Below, one piece after another: positions 30,623-40,902 of a stretch of DNA of 64,000 nt (the stretch's first letter is position 1; every line of letters starts with the position of its first letter). Both the position numbers and the translations under genes were made by a program. Where the stretch lies: NCBI GenBank assembly GCA_964555245.1, contig CAZKRI010000024.1, positions 12,305 through 76,304 on the forward strand, given 5' to 3'. The DNA is from an uncultured Myxococcales bacterium. Its GTDB lineage: Bacteria > Desulfobacterota > Binatia > UBA1149 > SPBQ01. Below the pieces are notes generated by a model. That model saw only the letters and a program-made list of their open reading frames with translations, did not search any database and was not told where the DNA came from.

Positions 30623-31113
30623 GCGAGACCGTTTTTTACGGGTTCGCCGTCACCATCTTGGCTTCTGCCGCCGGGGTCATCGTGTTCGCCAATCCGGTCC
30701 ACTGTGCGCTGGCGTTGGTAGCGACCCTGTTCCTGGTCGCCGTTGCCTTTGCCGCTCTCGGTGCACACCTGGTCGCGGCGCTCCAGATCATCATTTATGC
30801 CGGCGCCGTGGTCGTTCTGTTTCTGTTCGTCATCATGCTGCTGAACCTCGAACGTGAATCCTCCGACGGTTCCTCCGTGGGTCTACGAACGGCTGGTGTG
30901 GCGGCTGCGACGGCAATGGGCATGATGCTCGGCAGCTCACTCTGGCGGGCGTGGGTCGGCGGAGCCGCCGCTGCGCCGAGCGACTTCGGCACAACCAAGG
31001 CTGTGGCGCGTGTTCTGTTCCGCGATCACCCGGTGGCGTTCGAGTTGACGTCCGTTCTGCTGCTGGTGGCCGTGGTAGGCGCCGTGGTCCTAGCGCGCCG
31101 CGAGCGCGAGTAA
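30619..31113 (+). CDS. nuoJ: NADH-quinone oxidoreductase subunit J
   Basis: 164 aa, NuoJ/ND6-like TM protein ([14 protein letters not shown]...). Overlaps the nuoH stop, so there is no nuoI. Confidence 0.85.
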   Translation: MSETVFYGFAVTILASAAGVIVFANPVHCALALVATLFLVAVAFAALGAHLVAALQIIIYAGAVVVLFLFVIMLLNLERESSDGSSVGLRTAGVAAATAMGMMLGSSLWRAWVGGAAAAPSDFGTTKAVARVLFRDHPVAFELTSVLLLVAVVGAVVLARRERE

Positions 31114-31121
31114 GCGACACC

Positions 31122-31424
31122 ATGGCGACCCCGGCGCATTTCTTGGTGCTCAGCGCGGTACTCTTCGCGTTGGGCGCCGCCGGGGTGGTAGTGCGCAGAA
31201 ACGTCATCGTCATGTTCATGTCGGTTGAGATCATGCTGAACGCTGCAAACCTCGCTTTCGTTGCCGCGGCGAGCCAGTTCGGTGATGTCGCGGGGCAGGT
31301 CATCGTGTTCTTCGTGATGACCGTCGCCGCGGCCGAGGCAGCGGTCGGCCTGGCGGTGATTCTGGCCCTTTTCCGCAACCACCTGACCGTGCACGCCGAC
31401 GAGATCACGAGTCTGCGATGGTAG
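31122..31424 (+). CDS. nuoK: NADH-quinone oxidoreductase subunit K
   Basis: 100 aa. [48 protein letters not shown] is the NuoK/ND4L signature. The track ORF 30951..31424 is an upstream over-extension through nuoJ. Confidence 0.9.
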   Translation: MATPAHFLVLSAVLFALGAAGVVVRRNVIVMFMSVEIMLNAANLAFVAAASQFGDVAGQVIVFFVMTVAAAEAAVGLAVILALFRNHLTVHADEITSLRW

Positions 31425-33382
31425 ACGCCAGCGTTCACGGCGACGCGCTTGGCTCCGCCATCGTCGCCGCTGGCTATCTGCGCTGGATTCCGGTGCTGCC
31501 GTTTGCCGGCGCGCTGGCGCATCTCGCGATTGGCCGCTGGCTGGGACGCAGAGGCGTGGGGCTGATGGCCTGCGCGGTCGTTGCCGCGAGCTTCACGTTG
31601 GCCGCCCGCGGCTTCATGCAACTGACCGTCGGACCTAATCCGGCGACGGCGCTCACCGACGCGATCTATACCTGGATGCGTTGCGATCCGCTGCGAATCG
31701 ACGTCGCCCTGACGCTCGACCCACTGTCGGCGGTCATGTGCCTCGTTGTTACGGGTGTGGGTTTCCTGATCCACGTCTATTCGACGGGCTACATGGCCCG
31801 TGACCCGGACTACGCGCGATACTTCGCCTACTTGAATCTTTTCACCAGCGCGATGCTCGTGCTTGTCCTCGCCGACAGTCTGCCCGTCATGTTCGTGGGC
31901 TGGGAAGGAGTCGGCCTGTGCAGCTACCTGCTGATCGGCTTCTGGTACGACGACGAGGCGAACGCGTCGGCCGGTAAGAAGGCGTTCGTCATCAACCGTA
32001 TCGGGGATGCCGCCTTCGTGATCGGCATGTTCGTGCTGTTCTGGGCGCTGGCGGATCTCGGCCAGCCGGCGCTCGACTTCGTGACCATCAACGCGAACGC
32101 CGCCAGCCTCGCGCCACCGGCGGCTCTGGCTGCCGCGCTCCTGCTGTTTGCAGGCGCCACCGGGAAGTCTGCGCAGTTGCCGCTCTTCGTCTGGCTACCC
32201 GACGCCATGGCGGGACCGACGCCAGTGTCAGCGCTGATTCATGCGGCGACCATGGTTACGGCCGGAGTTTACATGGTAGCGCGCCTGGCGCCGTTGTACT
32301 TGGCGGCCCCCGTCGTGCTGAACATCGTCGCGACCGTGGGAGTGGTGACTGCCGTGGGCGCCGCCGCGGTCGGGTTGGTTCAGACGGACATCAAGCGGGT
32401 CTTGGCATACTCGACGATCTCGCAGCTTGGCTACATGTTCGTTGCCGCTGGAGTTGGGGCGTTCGGTGCAGCCGTGTTCCACGTCGTCACCCATGCGTTC
32501 TTCAAGGCGCTGCTGTTTCTCGGATCCGGTAGCGTGATTCACGCCTTGCACGAAGAGCAGGACATCCGGCGCATGGGCGGGCTGTGGCGCAAGCTACCCG
32601 TCACGTGGGCGACGTTCGTCGTGGGCACGCTGGCGATCGCCGGGATCCCCGTGTTTTCCGGGTTCTTCTCCAAGGATGCGATCCTTGCGGCTGCGTTCGC
32701 TGGCGGGCACTACGGATTATGGTCATTCGGCTTGGCGGGCGCCGGCCTTACCGCGTTCTACATGACCCGGCTGCTGGTGCTGACCTTCCACGGGGAGTTC
32801 AGAGGGCCGCCAGCGAAGCTGGAGAAAGCGCACGAGAGTCCCGTGTCGATGACCTCGGCGCTCATCGTGCTCGCGGTTCTCGCCTCGGCTGGAGGATGGC
32901 TCGGCGTACCTGCCGTCCTCGGAGGCGAGAACGTTCTCGGTCGCTTCCTCGGTGGCGTGCTCGGGCATGGGGAGCTTCATCTCGAGACAGGCACCGAGGT
33001 CCTGTTGATGGGACTCTCGGTCCTTGTCGCGGTCGCCGCGATGACCGTCGCGTGGCGCTTGTACCGGCGAGGAACGGGACCGGATGACGTTTTGGCCGAG
33101 CGAGCACGCCTGATTCACGCGAGCCTGACCCGCGCCTACTACATCGACGACGCGTACGATCGGGGCGTGGCACGGTCGATTCTCCGCGCTGCCGAGTGGC
33201 TGTGGCGACGCGTCGATTCAGGAGTGATCGATGCCATCGCCAACGGTATCGCCGGCGCGATGCAACTCTTGGCGGATTCCTGGCGGCGCTGGGCAACGGG
33301 CAATCTTCAGCACTACGCCCTGACGCTCCTGGTCGGCGTTGCGCTCGCGATCGCCCTTGCGGCTCTGGGAGTGCAGGGCTGA
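31418..33382 (+). CDS. nuoL: NADH-quinone oxidoreductase subunit L
   Basis: 654-aa antiporter-like subunit. [16 protein letters not shown] and a long C-terminal amphipathic helix region. Confidence 0.9.
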   Translation: MVDASVHGDALGSAIVAAGYLRWIPVLPFAGALAHLAIGRWLGRRGVGLMACAVVAASFTLAARGFMQLTVGPNPATALTDAIYTWMRCDPLRIDVALTLDPLSAVMCLVVTGVGFLIHVYSTGYMARDPDYARYFAYLNLFTSAMLVLVLADSLPVMFVGWEGVGLCSYLLIGFWYDDEANASAGKKAFVINRIGDAAFVIGMFVLFWALADLGQPALDFVTINANAASLAPPAALAAALLLFAGATGKSAQLPLFVWLPDAMAGPTPVSALIHAATMVTAGVYMVARLAPLYLAAPVVLNIVATVGVVTAVGAAAVGLVQTDIKRVLAYSTISQLGYMFVAAGVGAFGAAVFHVVTHAFFKALLFLGSGSVIHALHEEQDIRRMGGLWRKLPVTWATFVVGTLAIAGIPVFSGFFSKDAILAAAFAGGHYGLWSFGLAGAGLTAFYMTRLLVLTFHGEFRGPPAKLEKAHESPVSMTSALIVLAVLASAGGWLGVPAVLGGENVLGRFLGGVLGHGELHLETGTEVLLMGLSVLVAVAAMTVAWRLYRRGTGPDDVLAERARLIHASLTRAYYIDDAYDRGVARSILRAAEWLWRRVDSGVIDAIANGIAGAMQLLADSWRRWATGNLQHYALTLLVGVALAIALAALGVQG

Positions 33383-33385
33383 AGC

Positions 33386-34960
33386 ATGGACGGCTCGCTG
33401 CTGAGCTGTCTGGTTTTTGCGCCGTCGGCCGGCGCTATGCTGCTGACGGTCCTGCCGCCCGGCGCGACAGGCTTGCTGCGCCGCCTCGCGTTCGTGGTCG
33501 CCCTGATTCCACTGATCCTGGCCATGCGCCTGTGGACCCTGTTCGATTCTCTCGATTCCGGGTTCCAGTTCGTCGAGCGGAGCACCTGGATCCCGTCGCT
33601 CGGCATTTCATACTTCGTCGGCGTCGATGGGATCTCGTTGCTGCTGCTCATGCTGACCGCGTTTCTGACACCGTTGGTCGTCTTCGCGGCCAGCGACTCG
33701 ATTCACCACCGGCTCAAGGCCTATCTCGTTGCAGTCCTGCTTCTCGAGACGACGATGCTCGGCACCCTCGTCGCCCTCGACTTGATCCTCTTCTACGTTT
33801 TCTGGGAGCTGATGCTCGTGCCCATGTTCCTGATCATTGGTGTGTGGGGCGGGGAGCGACGGGTCTACGCGGCCATGAAGTTCCTCCTGTTCACCATGGT
33901 CGGGAGCTTGCCGATGCTTGCCGCGATCATCTACATGGGCCTTCAGTACGCCAAGCAACCCGACCTAGGCGGCCACATGAGCTTTGCACTGACCGATTTC
34001 TATGGTCTCAGGCTCTCCCCGTCCGCCCAGATCTGGACCTGTTCGGCGCTCGTCCTCGCGTTCGCCGTCAAGGTCCCCATGTGGCCGCTGCACACGTGGC
34101 TTCCTGACGCTCACGTCGAAGCGCCCACCGGTGGGTCGGTGATCCTGGCTGGGGTATTGCTGAAGCTCGGGGCCTACGGGTTCTTACGCTTCGTGATGCC
34201 GCTGTTCCCCGACGTGCTGCCCGTACTGATGCCACTCGTGGCCGGGCTCGCGCTGGTGGGAATCGTCTATGGCGCGCTGGTTGCCATGGTCCAGCCGGAC
34301 ATGAAGAAGTTGGTGGCCTACTCTTCGGTGAGCCACTTGGGCTTCGTCATGCTCGGGCTGGCGAGTATGACGCAGACGGGCGTGGCCGGTGCGATGTACC
34401 AAATGGTCGGGCACGGACTGTCCACCGGTGGTCTGTTCTTCCTGGTGGGCGTGATCTACGAGCGACGCCACACGCGCTTGATCGAGGAGTTCGGAGGGCT
34501 GTGGAAGCCGATGCCCGTCTACGCTGCGTGTTTCCTGGTCGTGGCCTTGGCATCGATCGGACTACCCGGGCTGAGCGGCTTCGTCGGCGAGTTCCTGATC
34601 CTGCTCGGGGTTTTTCGGACGGAGCCGGCCTGGGCCGCAGTCGGCGCGAGCGGCATGGTCCTGGGTGCCGTCTATACGCTCTGGCTCTATGAAAGGGTCA
34701 TGTTCGGCCCGATTCGGCATCGGCAGAACCGAACGCTCGCTGATCTGCGAGCGCGAGAACTCGCTGTGCTGGTGCCCATTATGGCGATGGCCGTGGTGCT
34801 GGGGGTATGGCCCCAGCCCATTCTCACCCGGACGGATGCGGCGATCGCTTCGACGCTCGCCCGCGCGACTGCGACCAGGCGAGCGAGTGAGGGTTCCGCG
34901 AGCGGCATGGCGATGGTGCGCCCGACCGGCGCTTCGCACGAAGGGGCTCCGCTACCGTGA
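33386..34960 (+). CDS. nuoM: NADH-quinone oxidoreductase subunit M
   Basis: 524-aa antiporter-like subunit (FWELMLVPMFLIIGVWGG). Confidence 0.9.
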   Translation: MDGSLLSCLVFAPSAGAMLLTVLPPGATGLLRRLAFVVALIPLILAMRLWTLFDSLDSGFQFVERSTWIPSLGISYFVGVDGISLLLLMLTAFLTPLVVFAASDSIHHRLKAYLVAVLLLETTMLGTLVALDLILFYVFWELMLVPMFLIIGVWGGERRVYAAMKFLLFTMVGSLPMLAAIIYMGLQYAKQPDLGGHMSFALTDFYGLRLSPSAQIWTCSALVLAFAVKVPMWPLHTWLPDAHVEAPTGGSVILAGVLLKLGAYGFLRFVMPLFPDVLPVLMPLVAGLALVGIVYGALVAMVQPDMKKLVAYSSVSHLGFVMLGLASMTQTGVAGAMYQMVGHGLSTGGLFFLVGVIYERRHTRLIEEFGGLWKPMPVYAACFLVVALASIGLPGLSGFVGEFLILLGVFRTEPAWAAVGASGMVLGAVYTLWLYERVMFGPIRHRQNRTLADLRARELAVLVPIMAMAVVLGVWPQPILTRTDAAIASTLARATATRRASEGSASGMAMVRPTGASHEGAPLP

Positions 34961-36393
34961 CCGGCGGACTGGCCTCGTACACCGCTGCCTGGCCGATCAT
35001 CGCGGCGGCCGGCGGCGCGATGATCGTGCTGATCGCGGAGATGATGGCGTCGCGGCGCAATGATGCCGGCATCGGCTGGCTAACCGTGCTCGCGGTCGTT
35101 GCGGTCGGTGGCGTGGCCGCTTCCCTGCAGACGGGAGAAAGCTTCACCAACGCGATCGTATTCGATCCCCTGGCGAGTTTCGGCGTGCTGCTGCTGTGCG
35201 CCATGTCTGTGCTGACGGTGCTCATGGCGATGGACTATCTCCCGGCCGCCGCATTGGAGATTGGCGAGTACTACCCGCTGATGCTTTTCGCGCTGACCGG
35301 CCTCATCGTCATGGGGACGGCGACCGACTTGATCGTCACGTTCCTCGGGCTCGAGACCATGTCGATGGCTGTCTACGTGCTTACCGGTCTGTGGCGCCGT
35401 AATGCGCGCTCGAGTGAGGCCGCGCTCAAGTACTTCATCATGGGCGCGTTCGCTTCTGGCTTCATGTTGTACGGGATCGCTCTGATTTACGGGGCGACCG
35501 GAACCACCACCATGGCGACGATCGCGGCCGCCGCAGATGCCAGCGACGGCTCCATGTTGCGCATCGGAGCCGTGATGCTGTTCGTGGGCTTCGCTTTCAA
35601 GGTGGCCGCGGTTCCCTTCCATCTGTGGACCCCCGACGCGTACGAGGGTGCGCCGACATCGGTGACCGCCTTCATGGCGACCGTCGTCAAGGCCGGCACC
35701 TTCGTGGCGATCGTCCGGGTCGTGATGACGGACGTGCTGCCGGTCGCCGAGCTACGGCCGCTCCTGTGGGTGATGGCCGCTGCCACGATGACCGTCGGGA
35801 ACGTGGTGGCGCTTCGCCAATCCAGCTTCAAGCGGATGCTGGCGTACTCATCCATTGCTCACACGGGCTATCTGCTCGTGGGGGTAACCGCGGGCACATC
35901 CGATGGCGCCGCGGCCGTGCTCGTGTACCTCGCGGCCTATGGCGCGATGAACCTGGGCGCGTTCGGACTGCTGATGCTTGCCACGTCACCCGACCCGATC
36001 GATGACCGAATCGACCGGCTAGCAGGTCTGTCTCAGGGTCACCCGGCCATTGCCGCTGCGATGGCGGTCTGCATGCTCTCTCTCACCGGAATTCCACCCC
36101 TGGCTGGCTTCATGGGGAAGCTCTTCCTCTTCTCGGCCGCGTTGGAACAGGGCTACGTCGTTCTGGTAGTGATCGCTGTTCTGAACAGCGTGGTCTCGGC
36201 GACCTACTATCTGGGGGTCATCCGAACCATGTACTTCGAGCCGGGTACCCCGCTGCTGCCGCAGGCCAAGCCGCACCTAGCGGTGGCGACCGCCGCGGCG
36301 ATCATCCTGACCGTTGCGCTCGGGGTCGCGCCGGCTGGGTTACTGGAAGCCGCCGGCGCCGCTGTCGATAGGATCATGCTCGGTGGGGGCTGA
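34957..36393 (+). CDS. nuoN: NADH-quinone oxidoreductase subunit N
   Basis: 478-aa antiporter-like subunit (GLETMSMAVYVLTG, KYFIMGAFASG). Last gene of cluster 1. Confidence 0.9.
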   Translation: MTGGLASYTAAWPIIAAAGGAMIVLIAEMMASRRNDAGIGWLTVLAVVAVGGVAASLQTGESFTNAIVFDPLASFGVLLLCAMSVLTVLMAMDYLPAAALEIGEYYPLMLFALTGLIVMGTATDLIVTFLGLETMSMAVYVLTGLWRRNARSSEAALKYFIMGAFASGFMLYGIALIYGATGTTTMATIAAAADASDGSMLRIGAVMLFVGFAFKVAAVPFHLWTPDAYEGAPTSVTAFMATVVKAGTFVAIVRVVMTDVLPVAELRPLLWVMAAATMTVGNVVALRQSSFKRMLAYSSIAHTGYLLVGVTAGTSDGAAAVLVYLAAYGAMNLGAFGLLMLATSPDPIDDRIDRLAGLSQGHPAIAAAMAVCMLSLTGIPPLAGFMGKLFLFSAALEQGYVVLVVIAVLNSVVSATYYLGVIRTMYFEPGTPLLPQAKPHLAVATAAAIILTVALGVAPAGLLEAAGAAVDRIMLGGG

Positions 36394-36502
36394 GGCCCGG
36401 TCGGATACGTGGGCCTCAAAAAAGAGCCGGGCAGCGGAGGGGGGGACCCGCTGCCCGGCGAGGACCGAAGAGGAAGGAAAAGGAGGAGCAAACTTCCTCT
36501 TC
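36392..36502 (+). other. three consecutive GC-rich hairpins without U-tracts in the nuoN-to-ABC-importer intergenic region
   Basis: GAGGCCC-n12-GGGCCTC (36392-36417, followed by AAAAAAG). GCCGGGCAGCGG-AGGGGGGGA-CCGCTGCCCGGC (12-bp stem, 36426-36459). GAAGAGGAAG-n16-CTTCCTCTTC (10-bp stem, 36467-36502; the loop contains AGGAGGAG). Confidence 0.5.
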
Positions 36503-36593
36503 GTGAGGGGCTTCTACGATGTTTGAGACGTCCAGCTCAACGGTTCATTCGAATGCTGTTGGCGGTGAGTACACTTCTTCCGAGTGTGGGTCG

Positions 36594-37532
36594 ATGAGCC
36601 GGCGTTACGCCTGGAAGACGCGCCTTGTCGCGCTGGGTTTCGTATGGGCGTGGGCCTGCTTGGCTTGGCCGAGCTACACGTGGGCTGCTTCTAACGAGAC
36701 ACTGCGAGCCTCATCCGGATCCCCCCCGGAAAGGGGGGATGCTCGACGGATCGTCTCTCTCACCCCGGCAGTCACGGAGACCTTGTTTGCCCTGGGCGCA
36801 GGCCTACGAGTCGTCGGGGTTTCCAACTACTGCGACTACCCTCCCGAGGTTGCTACCCTACCTCGAGTAGGAACCTTTCTCTCGCCCGTGGTCGAGGTGG
36901 TGGCAAGCTTGGGTCCGGACCTGGTCATCACGTCTCCGACCCCCGGAAATCACGGGGCGGTCCAGGCGCTGGAGCGAGTCGGGCTCCGGGTCGAAGTCGT
37001 CAGCGAGGGTTCTGGAGCCATCGCTGACATCCGTCAAACCATCAGCGAAACCGCCGGTTTGGTGGACCTCGAGCTGGAGGGAGCGGCACTGGTCGCCTCG
37101 CTCAGCGAAACACTCGAAGCCGTGCGGGTGAAAGTCGCGGACCGCGCCCAACCGTCGGTCGCCGTGGTCCTTGGGCATGAGCCGCTCGTCCTGGCAGGCC
37201 CACAGAGTTATCTCGGTGAGCTGGTCGTCATTGCCGGGGGCAGGAACGTCGCCGACTCGCTCGGAGGTAAGTGGCCACGGGCAGGATGGGAGTTTCTGAT
37301 CGCTGCCGAGCCCGAGGTAATCATCGACGCGTCAAGCGACGTCGTGGGGGCGACCGAGGCCGAGCGGCTGGCACGTGGCTGGTCGCGGTATCAGACGCTG
37401 CCGGCCGTTCGTGAGGGGCGGGTCCACGGCCACGCCGGTTTCCTGCTGCTACGCCCTGGGCCTCGGCTGGGCGACGCCGCCCGCATCATGGCGGGGTGGG
37501 TTCACCCCGACGCATGGGCCGCCCAGCATTGA
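36594..37532 (+). CDS. ABC transporter periplasmic substrate-binding protein, BtuF/FhuD class (cobalamin/heme/iron-siderophore type)
   Basis: Signal peptide MSRRYAWKTRLVALGFVWAWACLAWPSYTWA. RIVSLTPAVTETLFALGAGLRVVGVSNYCDYP, LKPDLVI-like (GPDLVITSP) and EPEVIIDA match the class III SBP (PF01497) pattern. The track ORF starts earlier at 36519. Confidence 0.75.
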   Translation: MSRRYAWKTRLVALGFVWAWACLAWPSYTWAASNETLRASSGSPPERGDARRIVSLTPAVTETLFALGAGLRVVGVSNYCDYPPEVATLPRVGTFLSPVVEVVASLGPDLVITSPTPGNHGAVQALERVGLRVEVVSEGSGAIADIRQTISETAGLVDLELEGAALVASLSETLEAVRVKVADRAQPSVAVVLGHEPLVLAGPQSYLGELVVIAGGRNVADSLGGKWPRAGWEFLIAAEPEVIIDASSDVVGATEAERLARGWSRYQTLPAVREGRVHGHAGFLLLRPGPRLGDAARIMAGWVHPDAWAAQH

Positions 37533-38545
37533 GATCCGCCCGGCTGACCCGCCGCCGTTTCGTGCGCGGCCTGTCGGTCACGTTCGCGTTGTTCCTGACG
37601 ATCGGCTTGATCGCAACCCTGGTCGGTAGCGTTCGACTCGATCCGGCGGCGATCATTTCGGGGCTCGGCACCGATCGATCGATCTTTCTGCACCTGCGGC
37701 TTCCGAGGATCGTGTTGGCGGCCATGGTCGGTGCCGCGCTCGCCACTGCCGGAGCCGCACTCCAGCCCACGCTTCGCAACCCTCTGGCGAGCCCCGACAT
37801 CATCGGGGTTTCCGGCGGCGCCGCGCTCGCTGCCGTCGCTGCGCTTGCGTTTCTGCCCGCCTCGGCGCGCACCGACCTTCTGGTTCCGATCGTCGCGTTT
37901 GCCGGCGCGTGCGCGTCCAGCGTTCTGGTCTATCGACTTTCGCTCGTGCACGGTCGCCTCGAACCGACGACTCAGCTTCTGGTGGGCGTGATCTTCAATA
38001 CGTTTGCGGCCGCGCTCATCCTGCTGATCACTGCGATTGTGGACGTGGCACGTTCGCAGTCGATCGTCTTCTGGCTCATGGGTGGTCTGTCGGCGCATCC
38101 GGCCCGAACCCTGGTGATGGTAGCGGCCGTTGTCACAGTCGGCTCGGGCATGCTGGCCGCGCAGGCACGAGCGCTCAATCTACTCGCGCTCGGCGACGAA
38201 ACGGCTGAACACCTCGGCGTTGATCTGGCTCGCACCCGGCGGCGTGTGTTTGCGGCTTCGGCGCTGTTGGTTGGGACGGTGGTATCCCTGACGGGGATCA
38301 TTTCGTTCGTCGGATTGATTGTCCCTCACTTGCTCCGCGCGGCATTCGGCGGCGACAACCGCTTGTTGCTGCCGGCTTCGTTCCTCGCTGGTGCGGCCTT
38401 CTTGATGGGCTGTGACGCGCTCTGCCGCTGGCTCATCGCCCCGGCGGAACTGCCGGTAGGCTCGATCACTGCGCTGACCGGCGGGCCGTTTTTCATCTAC
38501 CTGCTTCGGCGCAAGGTCCGTCATGACGATTCCGCACGCCTCTGA
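37496..38545 (+). CDS. FecCD-family iron-chelate/cobalamin ABC transporter permease
   Basis: 349 aa. LRLPRIVLAAMVGAALATAGAALQPTLRNPLASPDIIGVSGGAALA and the C-terminal GGPFFIYLL motif. The exact start is uncertain; the ORF overlaps the SBP gene end. Confidence 0.8.
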   Translation: MGSPRRMGRPALRSARLTRRRFVRGLSVTFALFLTIGLIATLVGSVRLDPAAIISGLGTDRSIFLHLRLPRIVLAAMVGAALATAGAALQPTLRNPLASPDIIGVSGGAALAAVAALAFLPASARTDLLVPIVAFAGACASSVLVYRLSLVHGRLEPTTQLLVGVIFNTFAAALILLITAIVDVARSQSIVFWLMGGLSAHPARTLVMVAAVVTVGSGMLAAQARALNLLALGDETAEHLGVDLARTRRRVFAASALLVGTVVSLTGIISFVGLIVPHLLRAAFGGDNRLLLPASFLAGAAFLMGCDALCRWLIAPAELPVGSITALTGGPFFIYLLRRKVRHDDSARL

Positions 38546-39344
38546 CCCCGAACGCATGCTGGTCGCCCGCGGCTTGACGTATCGTTATCCGGGCACGACT
38601 GCCGGGCTGGAGCAGGTCGATCTGGACGTCGCCCGCGGCGAGATGCTCGCGATCGTCGGCCCGAACGGGTCCGGCAAGACCACGCTCCTGAGGCTACTGT
38701 CCGGTCTGCTCCACCCGCGCTCCGGCTCGCTCCGTGTTTGCGGGATGGATCCGAGTCGGGTCGATCGCCGCGCATTCGCACGGCAGGTCGCGGTCGTCGG
38801 ACCGGCCGCAACGCTCGGGTTTCCGTATACCGTCCTGGAAGTTGTGCTCATGGGGCGCTCCCCGCACCTGGAGGGATTCCGGCTGGAATCGCGGCAAGAC
38901 CTGGAAGCCGCCGGGTTCGCGATGGAGATGACCGAGACGGCCTCGCTTGCCGAACGCGTCTTCGACACGCTGTCGAGCGGGGAGAAGCAACGCGTGGCGA
39001 TGGCGCGTGCGATCGCGCAGCAGCCGAGGCTCTTGCTTCTGGATGAGCCGGCGGCCTTTCTCGACATCAAGCAGCAGGCCGCGCTTTGCGATCGACTGCG
39101 GGAGCTCAGCACGCGTGAAAGCCTGACGATCGTGTCGGTTCTCCACGATCTGAACCTGGCGGCGCTGTACTTCGAGCGTGTGGCGATGCTGAAGAACGGT
39201 CGGATATTCGCGCTGGGGTCCTCGGCTGAGGTCATGACCTACGCGAACGTTCGGACGGTCTTCGAGACCGACGTCTACGTCGACCTCAACGACCTCACGG
39301 GCAAGCTCAACATTCTGCCGCTGCCTCGCAGTAGAATCTCTTAA
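38523..39344 (+). CDS. ABC transporter ATP-binding protein (FepC/BtuD/HmuV class)
   Basis: 273 aa. Walker A GPNGSGKTTLL, signature LSSGEKQRV, Walker B LLLLDEPAAFLD, H-loop VLHDLN. Confidence 0.85.
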   Translation: MTIPHASDPERMLVARGLTYRYPGTTAGLEQVDLDVARGEMLAIVGPNGSGKTTLLRLLSGLLHPRSGSLRVCGMDPSRVDRRAFARQVAVVGPAATLGFPYTVLEVVLMGRSPHLEGFRLESRQDLEAAGFAMEMTETASLAERVFDTLSSGEKQRVAMARAIAQQPRLLLLDEPAAFLDIKQQAALCDRLRELSTRESLTIVSVLHDLNLAALYFERVAMLKNGRIFALGSSAEVMTYANVRTVFETDVYVDLNDLTGKLNILPLPRSRIS

Positions 39345-39436
39345 CTCCTTGCTCTATATCGGTTTTATCCTCTAATGCGAGGTTTGACTTCCAGGGGGGT
39401 GGGTGTTAGCCAAAGCCGCGGATTTAGGGGAGTTGC

Positions 39437-39883
39437 GTGCAGTTCGACTATGCCAACGTCCTCATTTTTATAGGACTCGGAATCGGCCTGTGCTCGCTGA
39501 TGATGGGGCTCGGTGCGCTGCTCAGGCCGGCCAATCCGGAGCGGGCGAAGCTGACGACCTATGAGTGCGGCGAGGAGGTGGCCGGCGACTCGTGGATCAA
39601 CTTCAACATCCGTTTCTACCTCGTTGCACTGATCTTCGTCGTGTTCGACGTCGAGGTCGCGTTCATTTACCCGGTCGTCACGGTATTCCGGGGCTGGGTC
39701 GAGCGCGGCCGTGGGTGGTTCGCGTTGAGCGAGATCCTCATCTTCGTCGGAGTGCTGGTCGTCGGGTTGATCTACGTTTGGCGCAAGGGCGACCTCCAGT
39801 GGATCAAGACGGTGGTGCCCGGACCCGCCGCGAACCAGCGGCGGGGTTCGGCCGCGCGGGGAGGACCGCATGTCGCTGATTAA
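39437..39883 (+). CDS. nuoA: NADH-quinone oxidoreductase subunit A (cluster 2)
   Basis: 148 aa, GTG start after AGGGGAG. YECGEE and [10 protein letters not shown] are NuoA motifs. A roughly 30-aa C-terminal extension overlaps the nuoB start. Confidence 0.85.
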   Translation: MQFDYANVLIFIGLGIGLCSLMMGLGALLRPANPERAKLTTYECGEEVAGDSWINFNIRFYLVALIFVVFDVEVAFIYPVVTVFRGWVERGRGWFALSEILIFVGVLVVGLIYVWRKGDLQWIKTVVPGPAANQRRGSAARGGPHVAD

Positions 39884-40367
39884 CTCGGTGCCGGAGATGG
39901 TCCTCACCACCAAGCTCGATGCGTTGCTCAACTGGACGCGCAAGTCGTCGCTCTGGTACATGCTGTTCGGGCTCGCCTGCTGCGCGATCGAAATGATGCA
40001 GACCGGTGGGCCGCGTGCGGATCTCGATCGATTCGGGATGGCTCCGCGCGCCACCCCGCGCGTCTCGGATCTCATGATCGTCGCCGGTACCCTCACCCTC
40101 AAGATGGCGCTTCGTACCAAGGTTCTCTACGAGCAGATGCCGGACCCAAAGTACGTTCTCTCCATGGGGAGCTGCGCGAACTGCGGAGGCTTGTTCCAGT
40201 TGGCTTACTCGGTTTGCGACGGAGTCGACAAGGTGATTCCGGTCGATGTCTACGTCCCTGGCTGCCCGCCCAGGCCCGAGGCGCTGACGGAGGGATTGCT
40301 GCTCCTGCAGGAGAAGATGATGCAGGAGAAGTGGCTGGTCCGTTCCGAGCACGCCGGCGCCGCCTGA
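39870..40367 (+). CDS. nuoB: NADH-quinone oxidoreductase subunit B (cluster 2)
   Basis: 165 aa. [29 protein letters not shown] are the N2 [4Fe-4S]-ligating motifs of NuoB/PSST. Confidence 0.9.
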   Translation: MSLINSVPEMVLTTKLDALLNWTRKSSLWYMLFGLACCAIEMMQTGGPRADLDRFGMAPRATPRVSDLMIVAGTLTLKMALRTKVLYEQMPDPKYVLSMGSCANCGGLFQLAYSVCDGVDKVIPVDVYVPGCPPRPEALTEGLLLLQEKMMQEKWLVRSEHAGAA

Positions 40368-40370
40368 GCG

Positions 40371-40880
40371 ATGGACATTCAAGAGATCGAAGCGCTGCTC
40401 TCACGCCGATTCGGGGCCGCGGTAGGCCCGGTCGAGCGAGGTCGGGTCGAGAGCTGGATCGAAGTCGACGCCGGCAAGATCGACCAGGTTGCCGAGCACC
40501 TGCGCTCCGCCACTGAGCTGCGCTTCGAGTGCTTGTCCAACCTCTCGGGCGTTGACTATCCCGCGAAGGGCCATATCCAGGTCGTTTATAACGTGATGTC
40601 GTACAGCCTGGGGCACGAGCTGACCGTGAAGGTCAACGCCGACCGCCAGGCTCCGAAGATTCCCACGGTTCGGTCGGTGTGGCCGGCCGCGGACTGGTTG
40701 GAGCGAGAGGTCTACGACCTGCTCGGCGTCGAGTTCGTGGGTCATCCGGACTTGCGTCGTATCCTGTTGCCCGATGATTGGGTCGGCTATCCGCTGCGTA
40801 AGGACTACGTAGAGGCCCCCGAGTACCACGGCATCGCGACCATTCGTGAGAGCATGCTCCGGATTCCGGAGCGGAGCTGA
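40371..40880 (+). CDS. nuoC: NADH-quinone oxidoreductase subunit C (cluster 2)
   Basis: 169 aa. [26 protein letters not shown]. Confidence 0.9.
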   Translation: MDIQEIEALLSRRFGAAVGPVERGRVESWIEVDAGKIDQVAEHLRSATELRFECLSNLSGVDYPAKGHIQVVYNVMSYSLGHELTVKVNADRQAPKIPTVRSVWPAADWLEREVYDLLGVEFVGHPDLRRILLPDDWVGYPLRKDYVEAPEYHGIATIRESMLRIPERS

Positions 40881-40902
40881 GCCCGCCGGCGAGAGAGCGC
40901 CG

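Noticed and set aside
36392-36417. Hairpin GAGGCCC...GGGCCTC right after nuoN as an intrinsic terminator.
   Set aside because: It is followed by AAAAAAG rather than a U-tract on the + strand. On the minus strand the T-run would precede the stem. So it is not a canonical terminator in either direction; reported only as structure.
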